Origin: Litorivicinus sp.
GTDB taxonomy: Bacteria > Pseudomonadota > Gammaproteobacteria > Pseudomonadales > Litorivicinaceae
DNA: 64,000 nucleotides
Assembly (NCBI GenBank): GCA_018401755.1
Contig: JAGYKJ010000003.1
Location: forward strand, 80,599 to 144,598
Reading direction: 5' to 3'
Below the pieces are notes generated by a model that saw only the letters and a program-made list of their open reading frames with translations, did not search any database and had not been told where the DNA came from. This document shows, piece after piece, positions 1-9,975 of this stretch. Position numbers and translations under genes: made by a program. Positions within the stretch are counted from its first letter, which is position 1; each line of letters starts with the position of its first letter.

Positions 1-355
1 GGTAAGCATAGTCCAGTAGCTCGCTTTCGGTCGCGATACGAACGCGCTGAAGGTCAGTGCGAACCCCTTGGATCAAATCCATCATGACTCGCGGCTGAAT
101 ATTGGGATTGACTGCAAAAAACTGGGCAGCAAATGGGACGGAGTGGTCTTGGTGTTGGATCGCATGCAGTAGTCCGTCCAACACATGTTGGGCGTGAAGA
201 CGGTCGGCGGTGAGATCTGCAATATCGTCCACTTCGCGACACAAAGCGTAGAGCTTGGCCGCCGATTCAGCATCGTCTGATGACAGGAACAGACTGGCCA
301 AATGAAATGTACGCCCGTGTGCTTTGAGGGACTCAAAGGCCGCTGATTTTGTCAT
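1..355 (-). CDS. crtB: phytoene synthase, N-terminal part (gene runs off the window start)
   Basis: Not in the ORF track because no stop lies in the window. My translation from the ATG at 355 (minus) gives MTKSAAFESLKAHGRTFHLASLFLSSDDAESAAKLYALCREVDDIADL...GVRTDLQRVRIATESELLDYAY, a squalene/phytoene synthase N-terminal signature. The start overlaps the crtI stop as ATGA. Confidence 0.8.
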   Translation of the reverse strand, partial: MTKSAAFESLKAHGRTFHLASLFLSSDDAESAAKLYALCREVDDIADLTADRLHAQHVLDGLLHAIQHQDHSVPFAAQFFAVNPNIQPRVMMDLIQGVRTDLQRVRIATESELLDYAY

Positions 356-1845
356 GCGGATTCCTTGAGTGCGGTGTGTGCGAACTCGCGAGCCAGGGTT
401 TCGACAACCTTTGCCGAGCTTACGACACCAGGGAGTCCTGCACCCGGATGAGTCCCGGCGCCGGCGAGCAGAAGATTATCAAAGTCCTCAGCTTTATTGT
501 GGAAGCGGAACCAGGCGGACTGCGTAAACAAGGGTGCAATCGAAAAGCCCGCGCCATGCACCGAGAGATAGTCCTGACTAAAGTGATCTGGGGTCATGCT
601 AAAGGGTTCGGCGATCACATTCTTTAAATTGGGCAGCAGCGTGCTATCTAGCGCATCGATAATGCGTGCGCGAAGTTTGGGTTCTTCAACCGACCAATCG
701 ATCCCCCCTTGCTGGTTTGGGACGGGTGCCAGCACGTAAAAGCTCTCGTGTCCTGCCGGGGCAAAGCTTGGATCTGTGGCCGTCGGACGATGGATGTACA
801 GAGAGAAGTCTTCCGGCAAGATCTGTCGGTCAAAAATATCAGCCAGTAGCTCCCGATACCGTTCTCCGAGCCAGATCGTATGGTGCGCGACACCCGGATA
901 GGTCTGGGTTGTCCCAAAGAATAAGACATAAAGTCCCATGGAAAGCTTTGAATATTTTGCTTTCGCTCGTGACATGATCCCCAAAGCGCTTGCGGGAAGC
1001 AGTGTTTGATACAAGTACAGTGGGTCGCCATTGAACACATATAAGTCGGCCTTCATCGGGCCTTTTGACGTATCTAATCCAGTGATACGACGACCTTGAT
1101 GCTGGAGTTGATGAACCGTTGTCTCTGTTGACACCTGAATCCCAGCCCGATCGATGAGGCCGTGAAGTGCGCGCACCAGGGCGCCTGTCCCACCCATTGC
1201 AAAGTAAATTCCATAGGCACGTTCGAGGTAATGAATCAGTCCATAGATCGAGGTGGTATCAAAGGGGTTGCCGCCGACCAGCAGGGGTTGAATCGAAAAT
1301 GCTTGCTGTAATTTGGGATGTTGAAGATGGCGGGTGACCATTTCCCAGACGGTACGGTCGCTTCGTAGTTTTGCCAAGCTTGGAAGTTGCTTCAACATCG
1401 TTGTGAAATGATGAAAGGGTTGGTCCGCTAATTCGACGAAGCCTTTCTCGTAGATCGCTTTGGATGCATCAACAAGTCGTCGATATCCGTCGACGTCTGG
1501 AGGATGGATTCTTTCGATTTCGGCCAAGGTTTCTTCAAGGGTTCCGCCATAATCGAAGGTGTCACCATCTGGAAACTGAAAGCGATACCAGGGTGTTAAG
1601 GGTCTGAACTCAATATGATCAGCCCTGTTTTCGCCGAATAGTGCAAAAAGCTCATCAAATAAGAAGGGTGCCGTGATGACGGTCGGTCCCGCATCGTGGG
1701 TGTAGCCACCGCGCTGAAAGACTTGTCCTCGACCGCCGAGGTGCGCGAGCTTTTCGATAATCTGGACATCATAGCCAAGCGCGCGAAGCCGCAAGGCCGA
1801 TGCCATGCCGCCGAACCCTCCACCGATTACAATGGCTTGTTGCAT
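352..1845 (-). CDS. crtI: phytoene desaturase (CrtI-type FAD oxidoreductase)
   Basis: N-terminal Rossmann motif MQQAIVIGGGFGGMASALRL. Its ~497 aa length and position between crtE and crtB fit. I moved the start to ATG 1845, which overlaps the crtE stop (ATGA). The 24-aa extension in the ORF track lies inside crtE. Confidence 0.9.
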   Translation of the reverse strand: MQQAIVIGGGFGGMASALRLRALGYDVQIIEKLAHLGGRGQVFQRGGYTHDAGPTVITAPFLFDELFALFGENRADHIEFRPLTPWYRFQFPDGDTFDYGGTLEETLAEIERIHPPDVDGYRRLVDASKAIYEKGFVELADQPFHHFTTMLKQLPSLAKLRSDRTVWEMVTRHLQHPKLQQAFSIQPLLVGGNPFDTTSIYGLIHYLERAYGIYFAMGGTGALVRALHGLIDRAGIQVSTETTVHQLQHQGRRITGLDTSKGPMKADLYVFNGDPLYLYQTLLPASALGIMSRAKAKYSKLSMGLYVLFFGTTQTYPGVAHHTIWLGERYRELLADIFDRQILPEDFSLYIHRPTATDPSFAPAGHESFYVLAPVPNQQGGIDWSVEEPKLRARIIDALDSTLLPNLKNVIAEPFSMTPDHFSQDYLSVHGAGFSIAPLFTQSAWFRFHNKAEDFDNLLLAGAGTHPGAGLPGVVSSAKVVETLAREFAHTALKESA

Positions 1846-2762
1846 CAGGCAACCTTTTGTAGCGAAGGATATTTCTGATATAGCCGACCAATCAGCCCTT
1901 GCACAATTGCTTGGCACGGCCGTGGAAGAATATCCAGTGCTGCCATGGCATCGTCGATGTATCCATCAAAGAGTACTCGAAGCGCTCTTTCTGCAGCTTC
2001 GATCGAACCGGTTTCCTCAACCAGTATCCAAAATCCATTGAGATGCACGCCTTGGTCATCTTCACGATCATCAAAATCATCTGCCAATTGATACGCAATA
2101 CCGATATCCATTGCCACATTCAATACTGTCCGTGTGCGCGCGTCATATCCTCGAGCCAACGCCAAAGGCAGCGCAATCGGTAATCCAAGTAAGGGTCCGC
2201 TCTTATGACGGACAGCTTGCTCATAATCCGCATAGGACAGGGTTAACCCGGTGGACCATTGGCAGTCTAGAGATTGCCCCGCCGCCATGGCTGTTACACC
2301 CTCATTGAACGCTCGGATGAGTGCCACTAGTTGTGCATGGGTAATGCCTTCAATTTGTGTGAGTAGTTCGTAGGCTTGGCTAATGAGTGCATCACCAAGA
2401 CAGACAGCGGTTGCAGACCCTTCTTGATACCACACACTGGGGACTCCTCGACGTGACCGATCTTCATCGAGCAGGTCATCATGAATCAGGGATGCTTGAT
2501 GCAGTCCTTCTATTGCTGCAGCGAGTGGCACACAGACGCGCTCTGGCAATCCAAGTTGTTCACCCATATCCAAGGTCAGCTGAGCGCGGACGCGACTGCC
2601 ACCTGACTTGAGATGTACAGAAAGAACCTCGTTTAGACTTTTTTCATGACAAATCGATTGAGCTCCCAATTGGGTTAGCAGTTGTTCGACAGCATGAAGA
2701 GGGGATTCGGGCAATTTTGTTGTTGTGGCCACCTGTTGCCTCCGTGAAAAGCAACCCTCCAT
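1845..2762 (-). CDS. crtE: geranylgeranyl diphosphate synthase (polyprenyl synthetase family)
   Basis: Two Asp-rich polyprenyl synthase motifs are present: LIHDDLLDEDRSRRG and QLADDFDD. It sits between the rhodopsin gene and crtI. Confidence 0.8.
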   Translation of the reverse strand: MEGCFSRRQQVATTTKLPESPLHAVEQLLTQLGAQSICHEKSLNEVLSVHLKSGGSRVRAQLTLDMGEQLGLPERVCVPLAAAIEGLHQASLIHDDLLDEDRSRRGVPSVWYQEGSATAVCLGDALISQAYELLTQIEGITHAQLVALIRAFNEGVTAMAAGQSLDCQWSTGLTLSYADYEQAVRHKSGPLLGLPIALPLALARGYDARTRTVLNVAMDIGIAYQLADDFDDREDDQGVHLNGFWILVEETGSIEAAERALRVLFDGYIDDAMAALDILPRPCQAIVQGLIGRLYQKYPSLQKVA

Positions 2763-2802
2763 GGCACGTAATATGGAATTAGACAGACATCCTCATCCGC
2801 CC

Positions 2803-2834
2803 AAGAAATGGCGCCAGTGTGTCACACTGGCGCC
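2803..2834 (-). terminator. hairpin plus T-rich tail just downstream of the proteorhodopsin stop, upstream of crtE
   Basis: The minus-strand transcript reads TAA-tgctaa-GGCGCCAGTG-tgaca-CACTGGCGCC-ATTTCTT. This is a perfect 10-bp GC-rich stem (2810-2819 / 2825-2834) with a 5-nt loop. The T-tract is short and interrupted. Confidence 0.5.
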
Positions 2835-2840
2835 TTAGCA

Positions 2841-3647
2841 TTATGCAGTTTGAGCTGCTTTTGTTTCGCTGGTCGCTGCGTACCAAATCAACAAACCAAA
2901 CGCGATTTTGTTCACGACGTCTGCCAAGTTGTAAATGATGTTAAGTGACTCGCTCGCACCCGCAGTGGTCAATCCAGTGGCCGGGTCGACGAAGACGAAG
3001 TAGCCAAAGATATATCCCAGTGGGTAAATTGACCATCCGATCGTTACAACCCAGCGCATCGCATTGTATGCACTTTGGACTGCAGGGGGCGCTTTTTCAG
3101 CAGCCATTTTGCCTGCTTCACCGGCAAAGATTTCGTACAGAATGTAGAACCATCCCAACATTCCGATCACGAAACCGAGCGTGACGTTGATGTAGCCTGC
3201 TTCACCAAGATAGCCTGGAACCAACATCACGAGCGTACCAATCAGTAACCGCCAGAAGATGCCACCAGGCGCTTCGCCAATTGCCCGCAGAATCAGATAG
3301 AACTCAATCATCAACAACGGCACAGTCAGTAGCCAATCAATATATCGATACACCGTGGGTGATTCGCCGGTTGCGACCCACACATCACGCATGTAGAAGT
3401 AGTGAACCGCGGCAATGAAAGTCACGAGGCCGGATACGACAAGTGACGTTTTCCATTTGCCACTGACGCTTTGTGTTTCCCAAAGGAAAAACACTGTTGC
3501 GGCAGCAAGTGCCATTGAGATGAGCCAAAAAGAAATCCCCACAAAATCGTCAGATTCTAGGTTCGCGGCGGCGTTCGCAGTGGTTGAAAGTGTCAATAGC
3601 GCGGTCACAGGAATGATCCGCCCTAGTAGTGCTCGATATGACGTCAT
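2841..3647 (-). CDS. proteorhodopsin (light-driven proton pump, green-tuned type)
   Basis: RYIDWLLTVPLLMIEF carries the D97/T101/E108 equivalents. His is present in VHYFYM and the Schiff-base Lys in NLADVVNKIAFGL. There is an N-terminal signal peptide and a 7-TM layout. Leu occupies the position equivalent to tuning residue 105. An RBS GAGGAGG lies 4 nt upstream of the ATG. Confidence 0.93.
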   Translation of the reverse strand: MTSYRALLGRIIPVTALLTLSTTANAAANLESDDFVGISFWLISMALAAATVFFLWETQSVSGKWKTSLVVSGLVTFIAAVHYFYMRDVWVATGESPTVYRYIDWLLTVPLLMIEFYLILRAIGEAPGGIFWRLLIGTLVMLVPGYLGEAGYINVTLGFVIGMLGWFYILYEIFAGEAGKMAAEKAPPAVQSAYNAMRWVVTIGWSIYPLGYIFGYFVFVDPATGLTTAGASESLNIIYNLADVVNKIAFGLLIWYAATSETKAAQTA

Positions 3648-4027
3648 GATTGCCTCCTCAGGCGCATGTATTGTGTTCCCACAGTGTTTTTGTTTTCGCT
3701 TCCTAACGACACCTGACCACGGTCTACTGACGAGGTGTACCTGCCACCCCTCCGATAGGTCGCGGCTAGGCGTAACTCCTTTTGCGGGATTTTATACCAT
3801 GCGTCGTCTAAGAAAAATATATAACAAGTCAGATTTTTATTCGATTTTACGAAACGGATAAGCACCTCGTGCGCTTGTATGCACTTATTTAGTGCGTTCC
3901 GGTAATAAACTTTCGGTCTTGGTAGGAATCAAGATCTGTCGGGTGATGCGGGTCCACCTCTGAAATCTGTTGCATCACATTGGACGCCAAGCGACCATTT
4001 GGCGGGCTCAATTAGGATGAAGTCGCT

Positions 4028-5248
4028 ATGCAGTCAACGATCGGTGGCCAGGAAATTCAGGGTGTGCTTTTTGGAGCCTGCCGCGCGCCTGTGTATCGGG
4101 ATAAAGCGCGTGATGATCTTTTGATCGTGTCATTTCCAGAGGGTTCCGTAGGCGCCGCTGTCACAACAACCAATCAATTTTGTGCAGCCCCCGTGACTCT
4201 CTTGAGGCAGCATCTACAGCAGACACAAGCCGTTCGCTATTGGTTGCTGAACGCAGGGAATGCCAACGCGGGAACTGGGAGTGCCGGACTGCAGGCGGCG
4301 CAGTACACCGTGAATGCATTGGCGGATCTCGTCGGATGCGCTGCGGAGGCTATTTGGCCGTTTTCGACAGGAGTGATTGGCGAGCCTCTGCCTGTCGATG
4401 CCATCTGCGCTGCGCTGCCGCGCGCGTTGGCAGGATTGGATCCCTCCATCTCGGCTTGGGAGCGTGCCAGTCGGGCCATCATGACAACAGACACGCGCCC
4501 GAAGCTTCGCCATGTGACCTGCGAAATTGACGGTGTCACAGTCACCATCACTGGCATGACGAAAGGATCCGGGATGATTCATCCCAACATGGCAACGATG
4601 TTTGGTTTGTTGGTCACTGATGCCTGCATCGATGCGCATTGTCTGGACCAAGCGTTGCGGGATGCGGTCCAGCATAGTTTCAACTGCGTCACCGTGGATG
4701 GCGACACCTCGACCAATGATGCTTGTGCCTTAGTCAGTACACGGCGCGCAGGACATCCTGAGATTACCGATCTCAATTCACTGGCTGGGCAGATTTTTCA
4801 ATCGGCATTGGATGGACTTTGCGACGATCTTGCTGAGGAGTTGGCCCGAGACGGCGAGGGTGCGGGAAAGTTTGTTGTTGTGCGTGTCAGAGAGGCATTG
4901 AGTGAGTCTGATGCGCACACGATCGCGAATACCATCGCATTGTCTCCGCTTGTCAAAACAGCGCTGGCAGCCTCGGATCCAAATTGGGGTCGTATTGTCG
5001 CAGCAATCGGTCGTGCTCCGGTCCCAGAGATTGCCATTGAGCGTGTTCAGGTCTGGCTCAATGGTGTGCAGATTGTCGCCAATGGTGGACGACATCCTGA
5101 CTATACCGAGGAAGCTGGGCAACGTGCGATGGCTCCCGTTGATATCACCATTGATGTGGCGATGGGCCAAGGTCAGGCCAGTTGCCGGGTGATGAGCTGT
5201 GATCTCACCAAAGAATACGTACGGATCAATGCCGAATATCGAACCTGA
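4028..5248 (+). CDS. argJ: bifunctional ornithine acetyltransferase / N-acetylglutamate synthase
   Basis: 406 aa. Autoprocessing and active-site region AIMTTDT and GSGMIHPNMATM, with the typical ArgJ C-terminus INAEYRT. Confidence 0.93.
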   Translation: MQSTIGGQEIQGVLFGACRAPVYRDKARDDLLIVSFPEGSVGAAVTTTNQFCAAPVTLLRQHLQQTQAVRYWLLNAGNANAGTGSAGLQAAQYTVNALADLVGCAAEAIWPFSTGVIGEPLPVDAICAALPRALAGLDPSISAWERASRAIMTTDTRPKLRHVTCEIDGVTVTITGMTKGSGMIHPNMATMFGLLVTDACIDAHCLDQALRDAVQHSFNCVTVDGDTSTNDACALVSTRRAGHPEITDLNSLAGQIFQSALDGLCDDLAEELARDGEGAGKFVVVRVREALSESDAHTIANTIALSPLVKTALAASDPNWGRIVAAIGRAPVPEIAIERVQVWLNGVQIVANGGRHPDYTEEAGQRAMAPVDITIDVAMGQGQASCRVMSCDLTKEYVRINAEYRT

Positions 5249-6149
5249 GCTCCATGTTGCTTGTGCGGTGATTCGTCAAGGCAATCAAGTACTTTTAAGC
5301 CAACGTTTGGCGTCCGCGCATCAAGGCGGCCTTTGGGAGTTTCCGGGGGGTAAGGTCGCGGCGCAAGAGTCTCCCGAGGATGCCTTGGCCCGTGAGTTGG
5401 ATGAGGAGCTGGGAATCCAGGTTCGTGCAAGTCGATTTCGGTTCCAAATCCCATGGGATTATGGGGATCGACGGGTGCGGCTTTGGGTATTTGATGTGGA
5501 TGCTTTTGCTGGTCTTCCGACTGGAAGGGAGGGTCAGGTCGTTCGTTGGGTGTCGCTAGATGATGTATCCGGCTACCACTTTCCGAGCGCGAATAATGCC
5601 ATTGTTCAAACCTTGGCGCTTCCCCGTATCGTGCGATTTTACGATCCAGCCTTGGGCCCCCCTAATGTTTGGCTGGATGCTTGGCACGCGCCTGTGCTTC
5701 TTTATTTCAGAGGGGTCCAAGAGCTCGATGAGTTATCACAGCTGATTGACCGAGCACTGAGTATCGGGCATCGCGTGATACTCCCGATCACTCAGCATGC
5801 CCTTTGGCGAGAAGGGGTTGGGCTGCACCGACAAAAGGGCGATGGGCGCGCATTGGCCGAAGTTGCGCTAGAGCGGTGTCCAGGTGCCTGGCCTTTGACA
5901 GCAGGTTGTCGGTCGCTTGACGATTGGCGTGCGCAGGTTGATTGGCCAGCACATGCGTGGTTTGTGTCACCGGTCTTGCCGACCGATTCTCACCCAGACC
6001 TCGAGCCTTTGGGTTGGGCTGGGTTTCGTGATCTTGCACAGCATCTCGCACGTCCCTGTTACGCTCTAGGTGGTGTGACACCAGGCGACTTAGACCATGC
6101 AATTGCCGCTGGTGGATTCGGGGTGGCGGGCATTCGTGGATTTCAGTGA
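5229..6149 (+). CDS. Nudix (MutT-like) hydrolase fused to a thiamine-phosphate-synthase-like (TMP-TENI) domain
   Basis: Nudix box [31 protein letters not shown]. The C-terminal half ends ...[29 protein letters not shown], as in ThiE/TenI folds. Start set to the second ATG ([11 protein letters not shown]). The ORF-track start at 5199 would overlap argJ by 50 nt. Confidence 0.8.
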   Translation: MPNIEPELHVACAVIRQGNQVLLSQRLASAHQGGLWEFPGGKVAAQESPEDALARELDEELGIQVRASRFRFQIPWDYGDRRVRLWVFDVDAFAGLPTGREGQVVRWVSLDDVSGYHFPSANNAIVQTLALPRIVRFYDPALGPPNVWLDAWHAPVLLYFRGVQELDELSQLIDRALSIGHRVILPITQHALWREGVGLHRQKGDGRALAEVALERCPGAWPLTAGCRSLDDWRAQVDWPAHAWFVSPVLPTDSHPDLEPLGWAGFRDLAQHLARPCYALGGVTPGDLDHAIAAGGFGVAGIRGFQ

Positions 6150-6343
6150 ATCAAATCGTCTGGATCATCGTCAGGGACTGGTTCACCAGCAATGCGATGC
6201 TCTTCATTGGCCCATGCACCCAGATCAATAAGGCGGCACCGTTCTGTGCAAAACGGTCGGCTCGGATTGGATTGATGATAGCGGGCGTCTTTACCGCACC
6301 GCGGGCAGGGTACGATGACATCAATCTCGTCGTTCATGCACAA
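6143..6343 (-). CDS. yacG: DNA gyrase inhibitor YacG (zinc finger)
   Basis: 66 aa with CPRCGK...[21 protein letters not shown], the canonical YacG zinc-ribbon motif. It lies downstream of coaE, as in many gammaproteobacteria. Confidence 0.85.
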   Translation of the reverse strand: MCMNDEIDVIVPCPRCGKDARYHQSNPSRPFCTERCRLIDLGAWANEEHRIAGEPVPDDDPDDLIH

Positions 6344-6930
6344 TCCTTAAGTGTCTGATGAAGACGTACAACCTGCTTGTGGAGGTCGTCACGTGTTCCG
6401 GAATTATCCAAAATGAAGTCTGCTTTGGCTAGGCGGCTGGCTCGATCTCGCTGAGTAGTCATGATTCTCTGAATTTCCTCAGCACTGGTGCCGTCACGTT
6501 CGATGCCACGGGCGATCTGCAAAGATTCAGGAAGATCAACGACAATTACGCCCTGACTATCCCGAGACGCAGTTTCCAACAGGAGCGGTGAACAGACAAT
6601 TTGATAGGGTGCCGCCGGTTTGGGTGTTGTCAGCCACGTCTGAACTGCGTCTCTGACGCGCGGATGGACGATGGATTCGACAATATGCTTTAGATCGGGA
6701 TCTTGGAAGAGGGCTGCGCGGAGGCGGGCACGATTCAGTCCCTCTGCATTAAAGTACATGTCACCAATCGCATCACGCAAGGCGCGTTCTCCGGGGGTTC
6801 CTGGGGCAATGACATCACGTGCGAACTGGTCTGTATCACAGGTTGGTACACCGAGAGCGCCAAAGTAGGTCACCGCGAGTGATTTGCCGCTGGCTATTCC
6901 GCCGGTCAAGCCATAGGTTGCGATAGGCAT
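6334..6930 (-). CDS. coaE: dephospho-CoA kinase
   Basis: N-terminal P-loop [11 protein letters not shown], 198 aa, and the conserved pilD-coaE-yacG neighbourhood. Confidence 0.9.
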   Translation of the reverse strand: MPIATYGLTGGIASGKSLAVTYFGALGVPTCDTDQFARDVIAPGTPGERALRDAIGDMYFNAEGLNRARLRAALFQDPDLKHIVESIVHPRVRDAVQTWLTTPKPAAPYQIVCSPLLLETASRDSQGVIVVDLPESLQIARGIERDGTSAEEIQRIMTTQRDRASRLAKADFILDNSGTRDDLHKQVVRLHQTLKDCA

Positions 6931-6948
6931 TCGTGTTCGAGTTCCTGA

Positions 6949-7608
6949 CTAACTCGGTAAAGCATACCAGAGCAATGCAGCCGATGCGGAGAGATGAGGG
7001 CCAAAGCGGATGGCGCCCTGTCTCCTTAAAAGACGGCTTTCGATCAATCCAAAGCAGGCCGCCGCAAAAATCAGCCAGGCAAAGTGGAGCGGTGTGAATA
7101 GCCAGGCGAGGGCTGCTAAAAACGCAATATCACCACCCCCGAGCGCAGGACCTCGACCGGTGTGTCGGGTCAGGATGTTGAGCATTGACAACAGACAGGC
7201 ACTCCCGAGGCATAACCAGATGTGCGATGCGAGTTGATCGGGCGCAATGATGGTTTGATAGACGCTCGCCGCCGCTCCGAGGATTAGGCTGACGAGAAAT
7301 GGCAGTAACCCTGTTTGATGATCCATGAGTGCGCCTCCAATCAGAGTCGCATTGAGAACAAGACTCATTAGAAGCCACGTAAGGGGTGCATCAGGACGAC
7401 TGAGAATTAATCCAAAGCCAAGCACACTGGTGAGGATCAGTAGTCGTTTGGAACCCTTGCAAAGAGTCTTTGGAAAGCGAGCTTGCAGCCGATACCAACG
7501 CAAGTCATAGAGCGTCTCTGCCGCTAATTGTCTTGGTAGGCGCGGGATCCATGCCCACAAGATCGCCAAACTGACCAGCGTGAAAGCGAAGATGATTAGA
7601 GGGGTCAA
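6949..7608 (-). CDS. pilD: short prepilin peptidase (A24 aspartic peptidase family) lacking the N-terminal Cys-rich methyltransferase loop
   Basis: Polytopic protein with both A24 catalytic Asp contexts: GGALMDHQTGLLP and GGGDIAFLAALAWL. It is 219 aa versus ~290 aa for classical PilD. The TTG start overlaps the pilC stop as TTGA. Confidence 0.65.
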   Translation of the reverse strand: MTPLIIFAFTLVSLAILWAWIPRLPRQLAAETLYDLRWYRLQARFPKTLCKGSKRLLILTSVLGFGLILSRPDAPLTWLLMSLVLNATLIGGALMDHQTGLLPFLVSLILGAAASVYQTIIAPDQLASHIWLCLGSACLLSMLNILTRHTGRGPALGGGDIAFLAALAWLFTPLHFAWLIFAAACFGLIESRLLRRQGAIRFGPHLSASAALLWYALPS

Positions 7609-8666
7609 GACAGTGCTCCTAGAGTAAACATTGGTTGATAAAGGGCGAGCATGAATCCGCCAACGAATAGTCCAAGGCTCGCCATCAGGAGGGGTTCAAG
7701 GAGACTCGTGAGCCCTGTCAGCTGGCGATCCAATTGTGCTTCGAGATGCTGTGAGTTCATTCGCAGATAGCGGGGCAGTCCACCTGCCTCCATCCCAAGT
7801 TGCCACAGGCCAATGGTCGAATCAGGGAAGGTCACGCCGGTGAGCTGATTCTGGTCGATTCGACCTTGATCAATCCCGGTTGCAAATGCATGGAGCTGCC
7901 TCTGGATGGGTGAGTTATCGATGAGTTCAGCGCTGTATCGCAGTGCATTCGGTAAAGCGAGCCCAGCGGAAAGGTACAATTGCATGCCCTCGCTAAAGGC
8001 AAGGCCAGCCAGTTGAATACGCAGTGCCCCGATGACTGGAAGACGGTTTAAGCAGCGATGCCACAGCAGACGAAGGGACTCTGAGCGCCGATAGATGCGA
8101 TGTCCACCAAACCATAGGGTGGCGATCAGAATCAGGAGCAATCCACCCCACTGACTGAGCAGGCGACTGACCACCAGTAAGCTCTGTGTTGCAAGGGGTA
8201 AGTCAGCCTGAAATCTCGCATAGAGTGCCTCGAATTGCGGCACGATACCGATCAGTAGGCCAGCCATGATCACTAGGCTCAGGCAGCCAATCGCGAGTGG
8301 ATACCGAGCGGCACCCCAAGCCTGTTCTGTGATTCTCGCAAGTCGCTGGTCACTGTCTGCAAGCAATTGCATGGTGTCACTCAGTCGACCACTGCGTTCG
8401 GCTTGTTCCAGGGCGATCCGCTGTCCTTTGGTCAATGGCCAATCGGCTTGTGTGGCCGCTTCTGCGATGCGCGCACCGTTCTGAATTGCGTCCGCGAATT
8501 GGAGGATCTGTGTGGCGAATGTGCCACCGTGTGATCGTGCCAGAAGACTCAGGCTGTCGGTCAAGCTGAGTCCGCTCGATAACAAGTTGGCGAGGGTGCG
8601 TAACAGATGTTGGCGCTGATTGCGCCGTTGTTGGGTGCTCGTCCATTGCACGGGCTGCGTCCTCAA
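7605..8666 (-). CDS. pilC: type IV pilus platform protein (GspF/PilC family), N-terminally short
   Basis: Two GspF-type repeats, each followed by TM segments ([22 protein letters not shown]... and ...LSAGLALPNALRYSAELIDN...). C-terminus LALYQPMFTLGALS. TTG start. 353 aa versus ~400 aa typical. Confidence 0.8.
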   Translation of the reverse strand: MRTQPVQWTSTQQRRNQRQHLLRTLANLLSSGLSLTDSLSLLARSHGGTFATQILQFADAIQNGARIAEAATQADWPLTKGQRIALEQAERSGRLSDTMQLLADSDQRLARITEQAWGAARYPLAIGCLSLVIMAGLLIGIVPQFEALYARFQADLPLATQSLLVVSRLLSQWGGLLLILIATLWFGGHRIYRRSESLRLLWHRCLNRLPVIGALRIQLAGLAFSEGMQLYLSAGLALPNALRYSAELIDNSPIQRQLHAFATGIDQGRIDQNQLTGVTFPDSTIGLWQLGMEAGGLPRYLRMNSQHLEAQLDRQLTGLTSLLEPLLMASLGLFVGGFMLALYQPMFTLGALS

Positions 8667-9975
8667 TTTGACTGGAATCCAATACCCGTCGGAGCTCGTC
8701 CTTCGTGGTGATCTTTCGCAAACAGAGATGCGTCATCGCATGTTGAAAATTCAGGCGAACGCCGTTGCGCGAAAGCAAATCAAATATGCCAACTCGCCCA
8801 TGGAAACCTTGTTGACATGCGCCACAGCCTTGTCCTCTGCAGAGTTGGCAGAGGCGTCTTGCGAGGCGCTGCGCACCAACTAAGAGCAAGCTGTCATGGA
8901 CGAGATGGGTAGATACACCCAACTGGTGTAACCGATCGGCGACATCGTCGACGCCTCGCGTATGAAGTGTTGAGAGCACCAGATGCCCTGTTTGCGCGGC
9001 TTGAATTGCGATGTGTGCGGTTTCAGGGTCCCGGATCTCCCCGATCATGAGTACGTCTGGATCTTGTCGTAATAGGGCGCGTAGGCCATTGGCAAAGCCA
9101 AACCCACGCTCCGGATTGACCTGAATCTGCTGAATCCCCGGCAAGATGCGTTCGATCGGATCCTCAAGGGCAATGACATGGCGATCGTTACGCAACAAAT
9201 CGAGCATCAGACGACTTAGCGTTTGCGTCTTTCCAGAGCCCGTGGGCCCGGTTAATAGAATCAGTCCACTGGGCTCATCCAACGCGGATGTCACAACCTC
9301 TTGTTGCGCCGGAGACAGCCCAAGTGCCTCGATTGATGGGACTTGATCGGCATTCTCAACGCGCCTAAGCACTGCTTTTTCCCCGTAGAGCGCGGGAACG
9401 ATCGATAATCGAAAGCGATGCTCAAGGCTGTGGCCGGTGTGAATGGTAATGGCGCCGTCTTGGGCGTGCCCAGATTCAGTGAGATCGAGATTCGCCATCA
9501 CTTTTAGTCTGGCCAAGATGCGCGAGGTGAGACTGGCCGGAGGAGGATCTTGGCGCTTTAATTGCCCATCAATCCGAAACCAAACACCCAGGGTCTCCTG
9601 ATCAGGACTGAAATGGATATCAGACACGTTGAGGCGAACTGCCTCGAGCAATAGATGCCGCACATAGCGAACCAGAGGCGCGTCATCGACTGGATCAGGA
9701 GGGCGCTGCGGCCGGAGCAGTGATGACTCGGCCGAGCGCGCGAAGGCCGCCAACGCAAGAGCATCTAAATGCTGTGCATCCGTCATGATAAACGGCCGGT
9801 CGGTCGGTAAATGCTGCATGGAACGGTGATGCGCGATGACCGCAATATGATCGAGATTGGGTAGGCTTAACGTCACACCGTTCACGTGCGTACTTTGTCT
9901 AAAGTCTCGCCAAAGTCCCCCGTCAATCCAGGGTACTCCGGCCGCGATTGCCAATTGCACGGGTTCATCTTGCAT
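8377..9975 (-). CDS. pilB: GspE/PilB-family secretion ATPase. The last ~96 codons are an out-of-frame read through the 5-prime end of pilC.
   Basis: Walker [11 protein letters not shown], Asp box and His box (LVLSTLHT), and a tetracysteine [12 protein letters not shown]. The conserved C-terminal [11 protein letters not shown] is followed by no stop until 8377. See the findings. Confidence 0.8.
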   Translation of the reverse strand: MQDEPVQLAIAAGVPWIDGGLWRDFRQSTHVNGVTLSLPNLDHIAVIAHHRSMQHLPTDRPFIMTDAQHLDALALAAFARSAESSLLRPQRPPDPVDDAPLVRYVRHLLLEAVRLNVSDIHFSPDQETLGVWFRIDGQLKRQDPPPASLTSRILARLKVMANLDLTESGHAQDGAITIHTGHSLEHRFRLSIVPALYGEKAVLRRVENADQVPSIEALGLSPAQQEVVTSALDEPSGLILLTGPTGSGKTQTLSRLMLDLLRNDRHVIALEDPIERILPGIQQIQVNPERGFGFANGLRALLRQDPDVLMIGEIRDPETAHIAIQAAQTGHLVLSTLHTRGVDDVADRLHQLGVSTHLVHDSLLLVGAQRLARRLCQLCRGQGCGACQQGFHGRVGIFDLLSRNGVRLNFQHAMTHLCLRKITTKDELRRVLDSSQIEDAARAMDEHPTTAQSAPTSVTHPRQLVIERTQLDRQPESSGTITRWHIRHTDPPIRGRNSERCAHRRSGHTSRLAIDQRTADRPGTSRTQWSTE

